Assembly (NCBI GenBank): GCA_900617105.1
Contig: UYFQ01000141.1
Span: 1-64,000, forward strand
Direction: 5' to 3'
Origin: Hydrurus foetidus
Lineage: Eukaryota
DNA length: 64,000 nt
The notes beneath the pieces were generated by a model. It was not told where the DNA came from. It did not search any database and worked only from the letters and a program-made list of their open reading frames with translations. The position numbers and the translations under genes are program-made. The first letter of the stretch is position 1, and each line of letters starts with the position of its first letter. Shown here in pieces: positions 19,944 to 29,810 of the stretch.

Positions 19944-20681
19944 ATGGCATCTACTGTTTGGGTCAAGGTTATTGGGTTTAGTGATGTTGAGCGGCATTCG
20001 CTCAACACGCTATTTCGTTTGTCTGTACGCGATGGTTTGCAGTACTCGCTGTGGTCGCCGGAGTCCCCGGCTTCGGCCCAGGTAGCACTCATCGATGTGG
20101 ACAGCTACGAGGCCGGGTTGGAGCTGGTCTCCCCCGGATTCAACCCCCATTTGAAAATGATTTGCGTGGGCGCCAGGGCGCCTACGCTGGCATGGCGCAC
20201 GGTGCAACGGCCCGTGGATTGGACTGCCATGGTGCACATGCTGGACGAGCTGTTCGTGGCCTCGCCCGATGTGGACATTGACATCTCGCTGGACGAACCT
20301 GCGGCGCCAGCGCTGCCTCCCGGTATCCGGGTGGCCTTGCTGGCGGCACTGCCCGCTGAGGCACGCTTGTACCTGCGAGCCAGGCTGGCACTGGCCGGCA
20401 TCACTGCGCTGGAAGAGGTGGACACCCTGAAGCAATTGGACGTCAAACTCAAAGAGCGTTCGTTTGACGTAGTGCTGGTGCACGTGGACGCCGAGCAACT
20501 GGACGCCTGGGCCATGGTCAAGCATCTGCAGGATTTGCCATCGCCCCAGCGCACCGTCATTGCAGTGGCGCAGCAACCGAACTGGAAAACCGTCAACCTG
20601 GCCGAGCGTATGGGCTGTATGGGTGTGATGGAAATGCCATTCAACCCCCAGCAGGTGTTCGGCCTGCTGCAGCGCGTCTAG
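19944..20681 (+). CDS. hypothetical protein with degenerate receiver (CheY-like) domains
   Basis: C-terminal FDVVLVHVD..DAWAMVKHL..GCMGVMEMPF resembles a REC fold but lacks the canonical Lys-Pro. Confidence 0.5.
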   Translation: MASTVWVKVIGFSDVERHSLNTLFRLSVRDGLQYSLWSPESPASAQVALIDVDSYEAGLELVSPGFNPHLKMICVGARAPTLAWRTVQRPVDWTAMVHMLDELFVASPDVDIDISLDEPAAPALPPGIRVALLAALPAEARLYLRARLALAGITALEEVDTLKQLDVKLKERSFDVVLVHVDAEQLDAWAMVKHLQDLPSPQRTVIAVAQQPNWKTVNLAERMGCMGVMEMPFNPQQVFGLLQRV

Positions 20682-22396
20682 TCTTCCGACACCGGCTTGC
20701 GGGTCGCACCACGGCGTCGCCCGGTGCGGGCCACATCCAGGCTGCGTGCCAGGCTGGCCTCCAGCGGCCAGGGCTCACCGCACAGGCGGGCCACCAACAG
20801 CTCCGCCCCCAATGCCGAAAAACTCAAACCCCGGGCACCCATGCCCACCTGCATCCATAGCGAAGGCTGAGTTCCTTCGGCAAGTGGCCCCACAAGCGGT
20901 AGCCGGTCGTGGGTGACGCAGCGGGTGCCAGACCAGTGGCGCACACGCCCGTTTTCAAACTCAGTGGCCAGTTGTGCTCCCACCTCGGGCAACAGTTCGC
21001 GCAGCTTTTGCGCATTGGCCTGATGCTGCAGTGCCAGTGGCGCGATGGCCGGGCCCGCGTGTTCGGGAATGGCTTCGGGCTCGAACGTTGCCCCCGCAAG
21101 CCAAGTGCGGCCAGTGTCCAGGGGTACATCTGGGATGAAGCTGCCGTGTCCGTTGACCGGGTGACGTGGCCAGTGGGCGGGTAGGGGCTGCGCAGTGGTG
21201 CCCAAGCTGATGGTGCCGTGCACCGCCTGCAAAGACTGCAGCCGTAACAACAGACCCGGGCTGAGCAAAGGCGCGGTGTGCGCAGTGGTCAACAAGGGCA
21301 CACTGCCGGTGGCATTGGCACACACCACCACGTCCGCCTGTACCAACGCTGTGCCCGATGCGTCCTGCAACTGCCAAGCTGTGCCATCCCAATGCAGCGC
21401 GGCCACAGACGACGCGCCCAAATAGCGGATGTTGGGATGGTCCAGCCAGCGTTGGATCAGCCGGGCGGGCCGGATCCACGCGGCCTGGGCGTGCCAGAGG
21501 CTGCTGGCAATATCGAGCTGCTGTTCTTGCACGCCAGTGTGTTGCCAATCCTGGCCTTCCGTGAGCAGTGCGCGGGCGTGGTGCAGCATGAGCCGCACGC
21601 CCACGCGCGACATGCGGGAGCGCGGGCTGTCGTCGGCCGAGATATGGGGGACCACCAAACCTGCTGGCAGGCCCGAAGCGCCACCAGCGGGCGCGGCGTT
21701 CCGGTCCAGCACGGTGACCAGCCAGCCTCGCAACGCCAGGGCCTGGGCCACACTGGCACCCGAAAGTCCGGCACCAATAATGGCGCAGTGGGCGGGAGGG
21801 CGGTTGGCGGGTTCGTCATCGCGGGGGCCCAGCGACCATCGCGGGTTGAATGCAGCGCGCAAGTCGCTGCCGCCTTCTACCTCTACAAAGCCGGCTTCTG
21901 CCAGCCAGGCGGGGGCTTGGTGCGGTGCCGCTTGGAATACCAGGCGAGCGCCGCGCTGGCAGCAGCGCGCCAAGGCCTTGGTCGCCCATTTGTCCCACGC
22001 CGCATCGGTCTGCACCCACACGGTGTTGGCTTTGAATGCCAGTTCGGCCAATACCGGTTTGGCTTCGCCTACGCATAGCGTGAGCGACACTTGCCCACCA
22101 TCGAGCAGCAGGCGGTGAAACCCGGTGGACAGACCCTGGCACTGCCCAGCAAGGGTGTGGGCCAGTTCTGTGTAGGTGGGTGAGGTTTCAGGATGGCTGC
22201 CCAGGGCCTGCAGTTGCGGCAGGCTCAGGATGCCCACGTAGTGCAGCACGCGGGGGCGCTGCGGGTCGGTGCGCCAGGTCTGCCAGCAATCGAAGAAGGC
22301 CGTGCCTGCCGCAAAGTGCGTGTCCAGCACGGACCAGGCGGCTTGCCGCGCCCAAGCACCGGGCAGGCCGCTGGGCTCGAGTCGGTTCAGGGTCAA
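20678..22396 (-). CDS. mnmC: MnmC-like tRNA mnm5s2U34 biosynthesis protein (FAD oxidoreductase with eroded methyltransferase domain)
   Basis: [67 protein letters not shown]. Confidence 0.8.
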   Translation of the reverse strand: MTLNRLEPSGLPGAWARQAAWSVLDTHFAAGTAFFDCWQTWRTDPQRPRVLHYVGILSLPQLQALGSHPETSPTYTELAHTLAGQCQGLSTGFHRLLLDGGQVSLTLCVGEAKPVLAELAFKANTVWVQTDAAWDKWATKALARCCQRGARLVFQAAPHQAPAWLAEAGFVEVEGGSDLRAAFNPRWSLGPRDDEPANRPPAHCAIIGAGLSGASVAQALALRGWLVTVLDRNAAPAGGASGLPAGLVVPHISADDSPRSRMSRVGVRLMLHHARALLTEGQDWQHTGVQEQQLDIASSLWHAQAAWIRPARLIQRWLDHPNIRYLGASSVAALHWDGTAWQLQDASGTALVQADVVVCANATGSVPLLTTAHTAPLLSPGLLLRLQSLQAVHGTISLGTTAQPLPAHWPRHPVNGHGSFIPDVPLDTGRTWLAGATFEPEAIPEHAGPAIAPLALQHQANAQKLRELLPEVGAQLATEFENGRVRHWSGTRCVTHDRLPLVGPLAEGTQPSLWMQVGMGARGLSFSALGAELLVARLCGEPWPLEASLARSLDVARTGRRRGATRKPVSED

Positions 22397-22665
22397 GCCG
22401 CGGGCGGAACGTAGCCCTGTGCGGCGTCTGCGCCATCGCCAAAGAAGTGGTTTTCCATCTGGCGGGCCAAATATTGGCGGGCGCGAGCGTCGGCCAGGTT
22501 CAGGCGGTTTTCATTGACCAGCATGGTCTGGTGCTTAAGCCAGGCAGCCCAGGCCTCCTTGCTCACGCCTTCCCAGATGCGCTTGCCCAGCTCACCGGGG
22601 TAAGGGGGGAAATCCAGGCCCTCGGCTTCTTTGCCTAGCTTGATACATTGAACGGTGCGTGCCAT
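22393..22665 (-). CDS. yggX: oxidative damage protection / Fe(II)-trafficking protein
   Basis: [43 protein letters not shown]. Confidence 0.95.
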   Translation of the reverse strand: MARTVQCIKLGKEAEGLDFPPYPGELGKRIWEGVSKEAWAAWLKHQTMLVNENRLNLADARARQYLARQMENHFFGDGADAAQGYVPPAA

Positions 22666-22796
22666 GGAGATGCCTTTGCGAGATGGTGTGAAAATCAGAA
22701 GGCTGAATTTTATGGGGTTTGGAGTGTCCTGCCGTTCGCAGGGAACTTCGGACACCGCTGTGGCACCAATACGCTGCAATCAACCCTAGGACATTG

Positions 22797-23312
22797 ATGT
22801 TGAAACTGGTACTGAACTGGATGGACGAAGCTCCGCGGCGTGTCTATGGCCTGTTGGCGTTGGCCTGTGTGGGGCTGCTGGTGTTTGGCCTGTATTTGCA
22901 GCACGTGGTCGGGCTGGAGCCTTGCCCGATGTGCATTGTGCAGCGGTATGCTCTTATTTTGATAGCTGTTGGCGCAGCGTTGACGGGGGCTAGCAAGCGA
23001 AAAGGCTTGCATATCGCCGGTGGCGTGCTGTTATTTGTGCTGGCGGTGCTGGGGGCCTATGTGGCCGCCCGCCAAAGCTGGCTGCAGTGGTACCCGCCCG
23101 AGGTGGTGTCCTGCGGGCGCGACCTGTACGGCATGATTGAGACCTTCCCGCTCAAGCGCGCACTGCCCATGATCTTCCGTGGCGGCGGCGACTGCAGCAA
23201 GGTGGACTGGACCTTCCTGGGCGCCTCCATTGCCAACTGGTCGTTCCTGTGCTTCTGCGGCATTGCTCTGCTTAGCGGGCTGATGGTGTGGCGCGGAGTG
23301 CGCCGAGCGTAG
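22797..23312 (+). CDS. dsbB: disulfide bond formation protein B
   Basis: LEPCPMCIVQR plus a second Cys pair (SCG..GDCS); four hydrophobic segments. Confidence 0.93.
   Translation: MLKLVLNWMDEAPRRVYGLLALACVGLLVFGLYLQHVVGLEPCPMCIVQRYALILIAVGAALTGASKRKGLHIAGGVLLFVLAVLGAYVAARQSWLQWYPPEVVSCGRDLYGMIETFPLKRALPMIFRGGGDCSKVDWTFLGASIANWSFLCFCGIALLSGLMVWRGVRRA
22949..23010 (+). repeat. copy of the ~65-bp palindromic repeat, in frame within dsbB
   Basis: tgctcttattttgatagctgttggcgcagcgttgacgggggctagcaagcgaaaaggcttgc, encoding ALILIAVGAALTGASKRKGL. Confidence 0.7.
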
Positions 23313-23315
23313 TTC

Positions 23316-24233
23316 TTAGGGCTTGAACGGCAGGGTCAAGACCTTGCCAAGTTCCGTGCTGGCGGGGTACTGGTCTGGCGACTGCACCCCCAGCGCCGCA
23401 GGCAGGCGTTTGGGGTCATAGACAAAGGTGCCAAACACCAGGTCCCAAAACGGCGTCAATACCCCGAAGTTCTTGGCCTCGGCCATGTCAGCGCTGTGGT
23501 GAAAGCGATGCAACTCGGCCCCCACCAGCAGGTAGTTCAGCGGGCCGGCCTTGATGTCTACGTTGAAGTGCGACACCAGCCCCTGCAATCCCATCAGGGC
23601 ATTGAACAAAAAGATGGATTCGGGACGTGCGCCCAGCGCCACCAGCGGCCATTGCACCAGCGCCAATGAGATCAGCAGGTTTAGCGGGTGGCCAACCGGG
23701 TGCATCAGCAAATACACCTTGTCTGGCAAATGGTGGGCCACATGGACCTTCCACAGCCAGGCGCCCCAACGGCCGGTGCCAATATGGCTCAGGCGGTGGT
23801 ACCAATACTGGAAAAACTCGAACGCCAGCAGCACTGCCAGAAACTCCACCAGGACCGAGGTGTTGGCCACGATGCCCGTGTTGAAACGGCTCATGTCCAG
23901 TGCCAGCCAGCCCAAGCCGAATTTCAAGAGACCTGTGATGCCACCGTTGACGGCCATGTACTTCAGATCGCGCCGAAAGCTGGCCCATGTCATCTTCCAT
24001 TCTGGTTTGGCAGGAAAAGCAAACTCCACGACCAGCATCAACGCCATGCGCGCACCACCCATCCAGGCAAATACGGTGGCCAGGTTCCAGCCATGGACCT
24101 CCGCGCCGAAGTACAGCGCCAGCGTCGTGCCCAGCAGCAGGGGATAAAAAAGATACGAGACCAGGAAGCCCATGAGGCTTTGTGTCGGGGGGGATGTCGG
24201 GCCCGGTGAGGCCGCGTACGGAGAAGGGTGCAT
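23316..24233 (-). CDS. sterol desaturase / fatty acid hydroxylase family protein
   Basis: His boxes YWYHRLSH, HVAHH, SH, HRFHH, and NFG..WDLVFGT. Confidence 0.9.
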   Translation of the reverse strand: MHPSPYAASPGPTSPPTQSLMGFLVSYLFYPLLLGTTLALYFGAEVHGWNLATVFAWMGGARMALMLVVEFAFPAKPEWKMTWASFRRDLKYMAVNGGITGLLKFGLGWLALDMSRFNTGIVANTSVLVEFLAVLLAFEFFQYWYHRLSHIGTGRWGAWLWKVHVAHHLPDKVYLLMHPVGHPLNLLISLALVQWPLVALGARPESIFLFNALMGLQGLVSHFNVDIKAGPLNYLLVGAELHRFHHSADMAEAKNFGVLTPFWDLVFGTFVYDPKRLPAALGVQSPDQYPASTELGKVLTLPFKP

Positions 24234-24254
24234 AAAATTCCTTGCAAAAATGAC

Positions 24255-24267
24255 GGACACTGTGTCC
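24255..24267. promoter_or_regulatory. candidate TetR operator
   Basis: Perfect dyad GGACAC-T-GTGTCC between the divergent desaturase and TetR genes. Confidence 0.5.
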
Positions 24268-24381
24268 AATAAAGGGCTCAGTGGCCGCCATCTTCCAGGC
24301 CTCGGCACATGCATCCAAGCACCTTGCCGAGTCCTCCGTCCATAACCAGACACAACACCCCCTGGTGTTCAGGAGACCTGC

Positions 24382-24960
24382 ATGAAAACCCGTTTACCGG
24401 CACCCGCCGAAGTGGTGGATCGCCGCGTTCAGCGCACCCGGGATGCGTTGCGTGAGGCATTGATGCAGTTGATGGTGGAGTGCGGCTGGGATGCCATCGA
24501 TGTGCTGACCCTGTGTGACCGGGCCAACATTGGCCGCTCGACCTTCTACCAGCACTACCCGAACAAGGAGGAGCTGCTCAAAGCCAACTTTGCCGGCTTG
24601 CGCGATGCCTTGCTGGCGCAGGCTCTGGCGGGCCCCGCGCGGCCAGGGCAACTGGCGTTTGTTTCGGGCTTGATTGCCCATGTGCATGAGGCACAGGACG
24701 TGTTCCGCGCACTACTGGGGCGCAGGTCGGGGCACTATGTGCAAGACCGGTTCCGTGAGCTGCTGATTGAACTGGTACAGGCCGGCACACCCGGCAAAGC
24801 AAGCGGCTGGCAGGCCACCGCCCAGGCGCACTACCTGGGCGGGGCCTTGTTTGAACTGTTGGCCTGGTGGCTGGGCAGCAACCGGCCGCACAAGCCTGCT
24901 GAAATCGAAGCGCTGTTTGACCAATGGAGCCAGCCGGTGCTGGCCATGTCGGCTTCCTGA
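24382..24960 (+). CDS. TetR/AcrR family regulator
   Basis: DRRVQRTR..LCDRANIGRSTFYQHYPNKEELL. Confidence 0.92.
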   Translation: MKTRLPAPAEVVDRRVQRTRDALREALMQLMVECGWDAIDVLTLCDRANIGRSTFYQHYPNKEELLKANFAGLRDALLAQALAGPARPGQLAFVSGLIAHVHEAQDVFRALLGRRSGHYVQDRFRELLIELVQAGTPGKASGWQATAQAHYLGGALFELLAWWLGSNRPHKPAEIEALFDQWSQPVLAMSAS

Positions 24961-24967
24961 CGCTGGC

Positions 24968-25615
24968 TCAAGCCGCCACAGGCTTGGGTTCGACGTTGAG
25001 GCCCGCGGCTTGCCAGGCGTCAATGCCACCTGCCAGATAGCGTGCCTTCAGCCCGGCAGCATGCAGCCGCAGCGCGGTGACCCGGCCCACCTCGTGGCCG
25101 TAGACGCAGTAGACAACGATCTCTTGGTCAGCCGGTAAATCAGCCACCCAATGGCCCACGGTTGCTGGGTCGTTCCACTGCGAACCCGCCAGCTTGGTGG
25201 GTGCCTTCTCAAACACGCCCGCGCGGCGCACATCCAGCAACACGGCACCCGCCACATCGGCGTGCCCTGCGCCCAGAGACTCGGTGGCATCGTGTACGGC
25301 GGTCTGGTAGCGCTCGTAGACCTGACCCCATGGAATATTCTCCATGAAAGCATCTTGATCGCCCACGGCCGCTGCAGAGAATGCATCCTGGTTCTGCGCC
25401 AGCAGAACCGCCTCACCGCTCTTGGCGGGGTTGCTGGTTGGAGCCCATTGGTTGACCAGCATGCCGGTGTGCGCTTGGAACACCAACAGCACCGAACCCG
25501 GTTGGGTTGCAGTTGCTGCGGTGGACAGAAACGCCGCTAGCCAGGCCTCTTTGCTGCCGAAGTTGCTGGCCAGTGCCAGCTCCATGGCCGGTGTCATGGT
25601 GGATGGGGTTTGCAT
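24968..25615 (-). CDS. degenerate Fe/Mn-SOD C-terminal domain fused to rhodanese (ChrC/ChrE-like)
   Basis: LASNFGSKEAW..AFMENIPW (SOD-C-like) followed by LLDVRR..VVYCVYGHEVG..LAGGIDAW; last gene of the chr operon. Confidence 0.75.
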   Translation of the reverse strand: MQTPSTMTPAMELALASNFGSKEAWLAAFLSTAATATQPGSVLLVFQAHTGMLVNQWAPTSNPAKSGEAVLLAQNQDAFSAAAVGDQDAFMENIPWGQVYERYQTAVHDATESLGAGHADVAGAVLLDVRRAGVFEKAPTKLAGSQWNDPATVGHWVADLPADQEIVVYCVYGHEVGRVTALRLHAAGLKARYLAGGIDAWQAAGLNVEPKPVAA

Positions 25616-25626
25616 GATGGGGTGTC

Positions 25627-26982
25627 TTAGATGGGGATGGGTTGCAAAAAGGTGAGGGCCAGCCCGGCCAGGCCGGATGCCAGGACCACGGGAATCACGC
25701 CGACTTTGAAACGAAACAGGGCGAGTGCCGCAGCAGCGCCAATGAGCAGCGATGCCCATTCAAAGTGCTCGCCCAACCCGTAGGGCCAGAGCACGTGATA
25801 GGCAAAGAAGACAGCCAGGTTGACGATGACACCGACGACTGCGGCGGTGATACCGCTCAACGGGGCGGTGAATTTCAGGTTGCCGTGGGTGGACTCAATG
25901 AGGGGCGCGCCCAGCAGGATGAACATGAAGGATGGCAGGAAGGTAAAGAAGGTGACCACGCTGGCGGCGATGGCACCCGAGAGCAGTAGCGAGTCGGCGC
26001 CAAAAATCGCCTTGGTCCAACCACCCACAAAGCCGACAAACGACACCACCATGATCAGCGGGCCCGGTGTGGTTTCGCCCAGCGCCAGGCCGTCGATCAT
26101 TTGCGGCGCAGTCAGCCACTGAAAATGCTCTACCGCGCCCTGGAACACATAGGGCAGCACGGCATAGGCGCCGCCAAAGGTCATGAGTGCAGCCTTGGTG
26201 AAGAACCAGGCCATCTGCGCCAGTACCGAATCCCAGCCATAGGCGGCCACCAGCAGCCCCATGCCTGCCAGCCAGATGGCCAGGCTCACGATCAGTACGC
26301 GGGTAAAGCGTGCCCAGGTGAACAGCGCGTGGGCTGGTGTGGGCGTGTCATCGTCGATCAGGGCTGGGCCTAGGGACTTTGCTTTAGAGCCGTGGCCGCC
26401 GCCCGCGGTGAATTTGGCGGGTGCCAAGCGCCCACCCAGGTAGCCAATGGCGCCGGCAGCCAACACGATGAAGGGGAAGGGCAACTGCAAGGCAAAGATG
26501 GCGACGAATGCCGCAACGGCGATGCCCCAGAGCCAGGCGTTCTTCAAGGACCGAGAGCCCACGCGGTAGGCCGCATGCACCACCAGCGCAGTCACGGCGG
26601 GCTTGATGCCGTAGAACACCCCGGCAATGGCAGGCACATGGCCGTACGCCATGTAAACCCATGACAGGCCCACCAAGATGAAAAGCGATGGCAGCACAAA
26701 CAGCACGCCGGCCACGATGCCGCCCCAGGTGCGGTGCAGCAGCCAGCCGATGTAAATGGCCAATTGCTGGGCCTCGGGGCCGGGCAACAGCATGCAGTAG
26801 TTCAGCGCGTGCAGAAAGCGGTTTTCCGAGATCCAACGACGGCGCTCCACCAGGTCCTCATGCATGATCGCAATTTGCCCCGCAGGGCCGCCAAAGCTGA
26901 CGAAGCCCAGCTTCAGCCAGTAGACAAAGGCCTCGCCAAAGCTCAGGCCGGCCGTGGGTGTTGCAGTGGTATTTGCGGTCAT
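25627..26982 (-). CDS. chrA: chromate efflux transporter
   Basis: [32 protein letters not shown]. Confidence 0.95.
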   Translation of the reverse strand: MTANTTATPTAGLSFGEAFVYWLKLGFVSFGGPAGQIAIMHEDLVERRRWISENRFLHALNYCMLLPGPEAQQLAIYIGWLLHRTWGGIVAGVLFVLPSLFILVGLSWVYMAYGHVPAIAGVFYGIKPAVTALVVHAAYRVGSRSLKNAWLWGIAVAAFVAIFALQLPFPFIVLAAGAIGYLGGRLAPAKFTAGGGHGSKAKSLGPALIDDDTPTPAHALFTWARFTRVLIVSLAIWLAGMGLLVAAYGWDSVLAQMAWFFTKAALMTFGGAYAVLPYVFQGAVEHFQWLTAPQMIDGLALGETTPGPLIMVVSFVGFVGGWTKAIFGADSLLLSGAIAASVVTFFTFLPSFMFILLGAPLIESTHGNLKFTAPLSGITAAVVGVIVNLAVFFAYHVLWPYGLGEHFEWASLLIGAAAALALFRFKVGVIPVVLASGLAGLALTFLQPIPI

Positions 26983-27923
26983 GGTCGGGCCGCCAGTGCG
27001 GCATACAGGGTGTCAAAAAGAGGGAGGGCGGCAACCAGCAGGGCGTCGTCTTTGGGGTGTTGCGCTTGTAGTCCGCGCACCAGGGTTTCAATGCCGGGGG
27101 CCTCGTCCACCGGAATGCCACCCACATCCATGTAGTGCACCAGCTGGCCCAGGCGCTGCAGGCCAGGGTCAAGCTCCAGGCCAAAGCTGTGCGCCACTAC
27201 TTCAAACGTCACCAGCTCGCCCACGTGGGTAAAGCGGGCGCCGTCGAAGTCAAAACCCAGTGCCGTCTTGGGGCACTTCTTGGGATCGTCTAGCCACACA
27301 AAGCGGGGCGCTTTGTCGACAAAGCGCGCGATCAGCCAGGCCGTGGCAATGCGGTCTACCCAGGGGCGTTTGCGCGTGGCCCAGGCCATGCCCTGAAAGT
27401 CGGCAACGGCCAAGCGCTGGATGGCATCTGCGCTGGCGCTAGGTTCGCCCGGTGACAGTTTTTGCGCCACCTCCTGGCGCAAGGCAGTCAGTGCCGCACT
27501 GGCTTTTTCACCCGGTTTTCCAGGGAAGAAGTCATGCGCCTGGATGGCATGGAGCTGCTGCTCCAGGCCGCGCAGGGCCTTGTGCAGTTCGGTCTCTTTG
27601 GCTGTTTTGATCTGCTTGCGGGCTTCTTTGATGGACTGCAGCAGTTCGGCGTACAGGTCGCTGCGGTCAAACAGGGCCTGGAATGTTGCGTCTTGGGTGC
27701 CATCCCGCGCACTAACCTCCAGCATGTGGGCGTCGGCGCCACTGTCGTGAATGAGTTTTTCTATATCCCACAGCGCCTGCGCCGTGGGCGCTGTGCCGGG
27801 CAACAAGTACACCCCTTCACGCAAGGTGCCCGCCCCGGTGGCTTTGAGTGCCCGCCACACCCGCACGCGCAGGGCGCTGGGGTGGGTGGGCAGGGTGGCG
27901 GTGAGCAAGAGCCATGTGTTCAT
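26979..27923 (-). CDS. chrB: chromate-sensing regulator / resistance protein
   Basis: [43 protein letters not shown]; overlaps the chrA start. Confidence 0.92.
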   Translation of the reverse strand: MNTWLLLTATLPTHPSALRVRVWRALKATGAGTLREGVYLLPGTAPTAQALWDIEKLIHDSGADAHMLEVSARDGTQDATFQALFDRSDLYAELLQSIKEARKQIKTAKETELHKALRGLEQQLHAIQAHDFFPGKPGEKASAALTALRQEVAQKLSPGEPSASADAIQRLAVADFQGMAWATRKRPWVDRIATAWLIARFVDKAPRFVWLDDPKKCPKTALGFDFDGARFTHVGELVTFEVVAHSFGLELDPGLQRLGQLVHYMDVGGIPVDEAPGIETLVRGLQAQHPKDDALLVAALPLFDTLYAALAARP

Positions 27924-27986
27924 GTAGCAAATATCTCATATTGTGATGATTGACACAATATGCGGCTGTGTTTTACTTGCCACATG
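27921..27986. promoter_or_regulatory. nested inverted repeats spanning the chrB/DMT divergent intergenic region (candidate ChrB operator)
   Basis: Inner CATATTGTG-N8-CACAATATG (27937-27962); outer CATGTAGCAA..TTGCCACATG contains both start codons. Confidence 0.6.
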
Positions 27987-29048
27987 TCAATGCGTTCCGC
28001 CTCTCCCGCCCTGGCTGCGGCCTTGCTATTTGGTGCCAGTACACCCTTTGCCAAAGTGCTGGTGGGCGATGTGCCGCCCTTGCTGCTGGCGGGCTTGCTC
28101 TACCTGGGCAGCGGCTTGGGTTTGTGTCTGCTATTGCTCGTGCGGGTGGTCCGGCAGCGCGTTCGCGGCCAGGTGCTGGAAGGCCTAAAGATCCCGCGTG
28201 CCGAGCTGCCGTGGCTGCTGGGCGCCATTGTGTTCGGTGGCGTGCTGGGGCCGGCTTTGTTGATGTGGGGGTTGACGCAGACCGACGGCGCCACTGCGTC
28301 ACTGCTGCTCAACGTGGAAGGCGTGCTGACCGCGCTTATCGCCTGGCTGGTGTTCAAGGAAAACGCGGACCGCCAGCTGGTGCTGGGCATGGTGGTCATC
28401 GTGGTGGGCGGCTTGCTGCTGTCCTGGCAGCCGACAGGCACCACGTTCTCTTCTGGCGCCCTGCTGATCGTGGGCGCCTGTTTGTGCTGGGCGGTGGACA
28501 ACAACCTGACCCGCAAGGTGTCCACGCACGACGCCATGTTGGTGGCAGGGCTCAAGGGCTTGCTGGCGGGCATCAGCAACACGGCGCTGGCACTGGCCGG
28601 TGGCGCGGTGCTTCCGTCGGTCCCCACTGTTGGTGCCAGCATGGTCGTCGGTTTCTTTGGCTATGGCCTGAGCCTGACGCTGTTTGTGGTGGCGCTGCGC
28701 ACCCTGGGCACCGCGCGTACCGGTGCTTATTTTTCAGTCGCGCCGTTGTTTGGGGTGGCCATCTCTCTGGTGCTGTGGCCGGCGTTGCCGGGGGTACTGT
28801 TCTGGTGTGCCGCCATCTTGATGGCCCTGGGTATCTGGCTGCATGTGCGGGAGCGGCATGCACACGTGCATTCGCATGAACCATTGGCACACAGCCATCG
28901 GCATAGCCACGATGAGCACCACCAGCACACGCACGCATTCGCGTGGGATTTAGCCAAGCCTCATGTGCATCCCCACCAGCATGCGTCCTTGACGCATTTG
29001 CACCCGCACTACCCGGATATCCACCACCGGCACCTGCATCCGCATTGA
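27984..29048 (+). CDS. DMT/EamA family transporter with His-rich C-terminal tail
   Basis: LFGASTPFAK, ASLLLN.E, WAVDNNLTRK, GTARTGAYFS; tail HAHVHSHEPLAHSHRHSHDEHHQHTH..HYPDIHHRH. Confidence 0.9.
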   Translation: MSMRSASPALAAALLFGASTPFAKVLVGDVPPLLLAGLLYLGSGLGLCLLLLVRVVRQRVRGQVLEGLKIPRAELPWLLGAIVFGGVLGPALLMWGLTQTDGATASLLLNVEGVLTALIAWLVFKENADRQLVLGMVVIVVGGLLLSWQPTGTTFSSGALLIVGACLCWAVDNNLTRKVSTHDAMLVAGLKGLLAGISNTALALAGGAVLPSVPTVGASMVVGFFGYGLSLTLFVVALRTLGTARTGAYFSVAPLFGVAISLVLWPALPGVLFWCAAILMALGIWLHVRERHAHVHSHEPLAHSHRHSHDEHHQHTHAFAWDLAKPHVHPHQHASLTHLHPHYPDIHHRHLHPH

Positions 29049-29088
29049 TGCGGTCAGGCACCGCCGCGGGTCACGGCGGCGGAAGGAC

Positions 29089-29742
29089 TCAAACTTTAGC
29101 GGGATGCTTGAACGCAGCCCGCGCGGCCAATGCGCGGTCGCGTGCGCCGCAGCCTTCCAGGTGGTCATTCACCAGACCCATGGCCTGCATCAAGGCGTAC
29201 ATGGTGGTCGGGCCCACAAAGCTCCAGCCGCGCTTGCGCAGGTCTTTGGACAAGGCAATCGATTCGGGTGAGGTGGTCACGCCGCTCAGTGTCTGCTGCG
29301 TGATGGTGCCGGGGCGGCTGGCCGATTCGGGCTCGAACCGCCAGAAGTAGGCCGCCAGCGAACCAAACTCTTCGCGCAGCTCCTTGGCCTTTTGGGCGTT
29401 GTTGATGGTGGAGGCAATCTTGCCGCGGTGGCGCACGATGCCGGCGTCCAGCACCAGGCGTTTCACATCGGACTCGTCAAATAGCGCTACCTTGTCCATG
29501 TCGAACCCCGCAAAGGCTTGGCGAAAGGCTTCGCGTTTGTTCAGAATGGTCAGCCAGCTCAAACCAGCCTGAAAACCTTCCAGGCAAATCTTTTCGAACA
29601 GGCGTGTGTCGTCGCCAGCGGGCAGGCCCCATTCGTGGTCGTGGTAATGCTGGTAATTCGGCGTGGCGCGGCACCAGACGCAGCGCAGGGTTTGGCTGTC
29701 GTCGGCAAAAAGGCCCGCAGGCGCCGTAGTTTCTTCAAGCAT
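29089..29742 (-). CDS. tag: DNA-3-methyladenine glycosylase I
   Basis: RCVW..YHDHEWG, LEGFQAGLSWLTIL, FVGPTT, NDHLEGC. Confidence 0.95.
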   Translation of the reverse strand: MLEETTAPAGLFADDSQTLRCVWCRATPNYQHYHDHEWGLPAGDDTRLFEKICLEGFQAGLSWLTILNKREAFRQAFAGFDMDKVALFDESDVKRLVLDAGIVRHRGKIASTINNAQKAKELREEFGSLAAYFWRFEPESASRPGTITQQTLSGVTTSPESIALSKDLRKRGWSFVGPTTMYALMQAMGLVNDHLEGCGARDRALAARAAFKHPAKV

Positions 29743-29763
29743 GGAATGCTCCCGTATCTGTAA

Positions 29764-29783
29764 TACTGTTGTTATTACCAGTA
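29764..29783. promoter_or_regulatory. LexA (SOS) box upstream of tag
   Basis: TACTGTTGTTATTACCAGTA matches TACTG-N10-CAGTA with an AT-rich core. Confidence 0.75.
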
Positions 29784-29810
29784 TACGCAGGTTCTGCGGC
29801 AGCGGCAGTG

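Noticed and set aside
28856..29045. His-codon-rich tract as a tandem DNA repeat
   Set aside because: It is explained by protein-level His richness with mixed codons, not by a DNA repeat unit.
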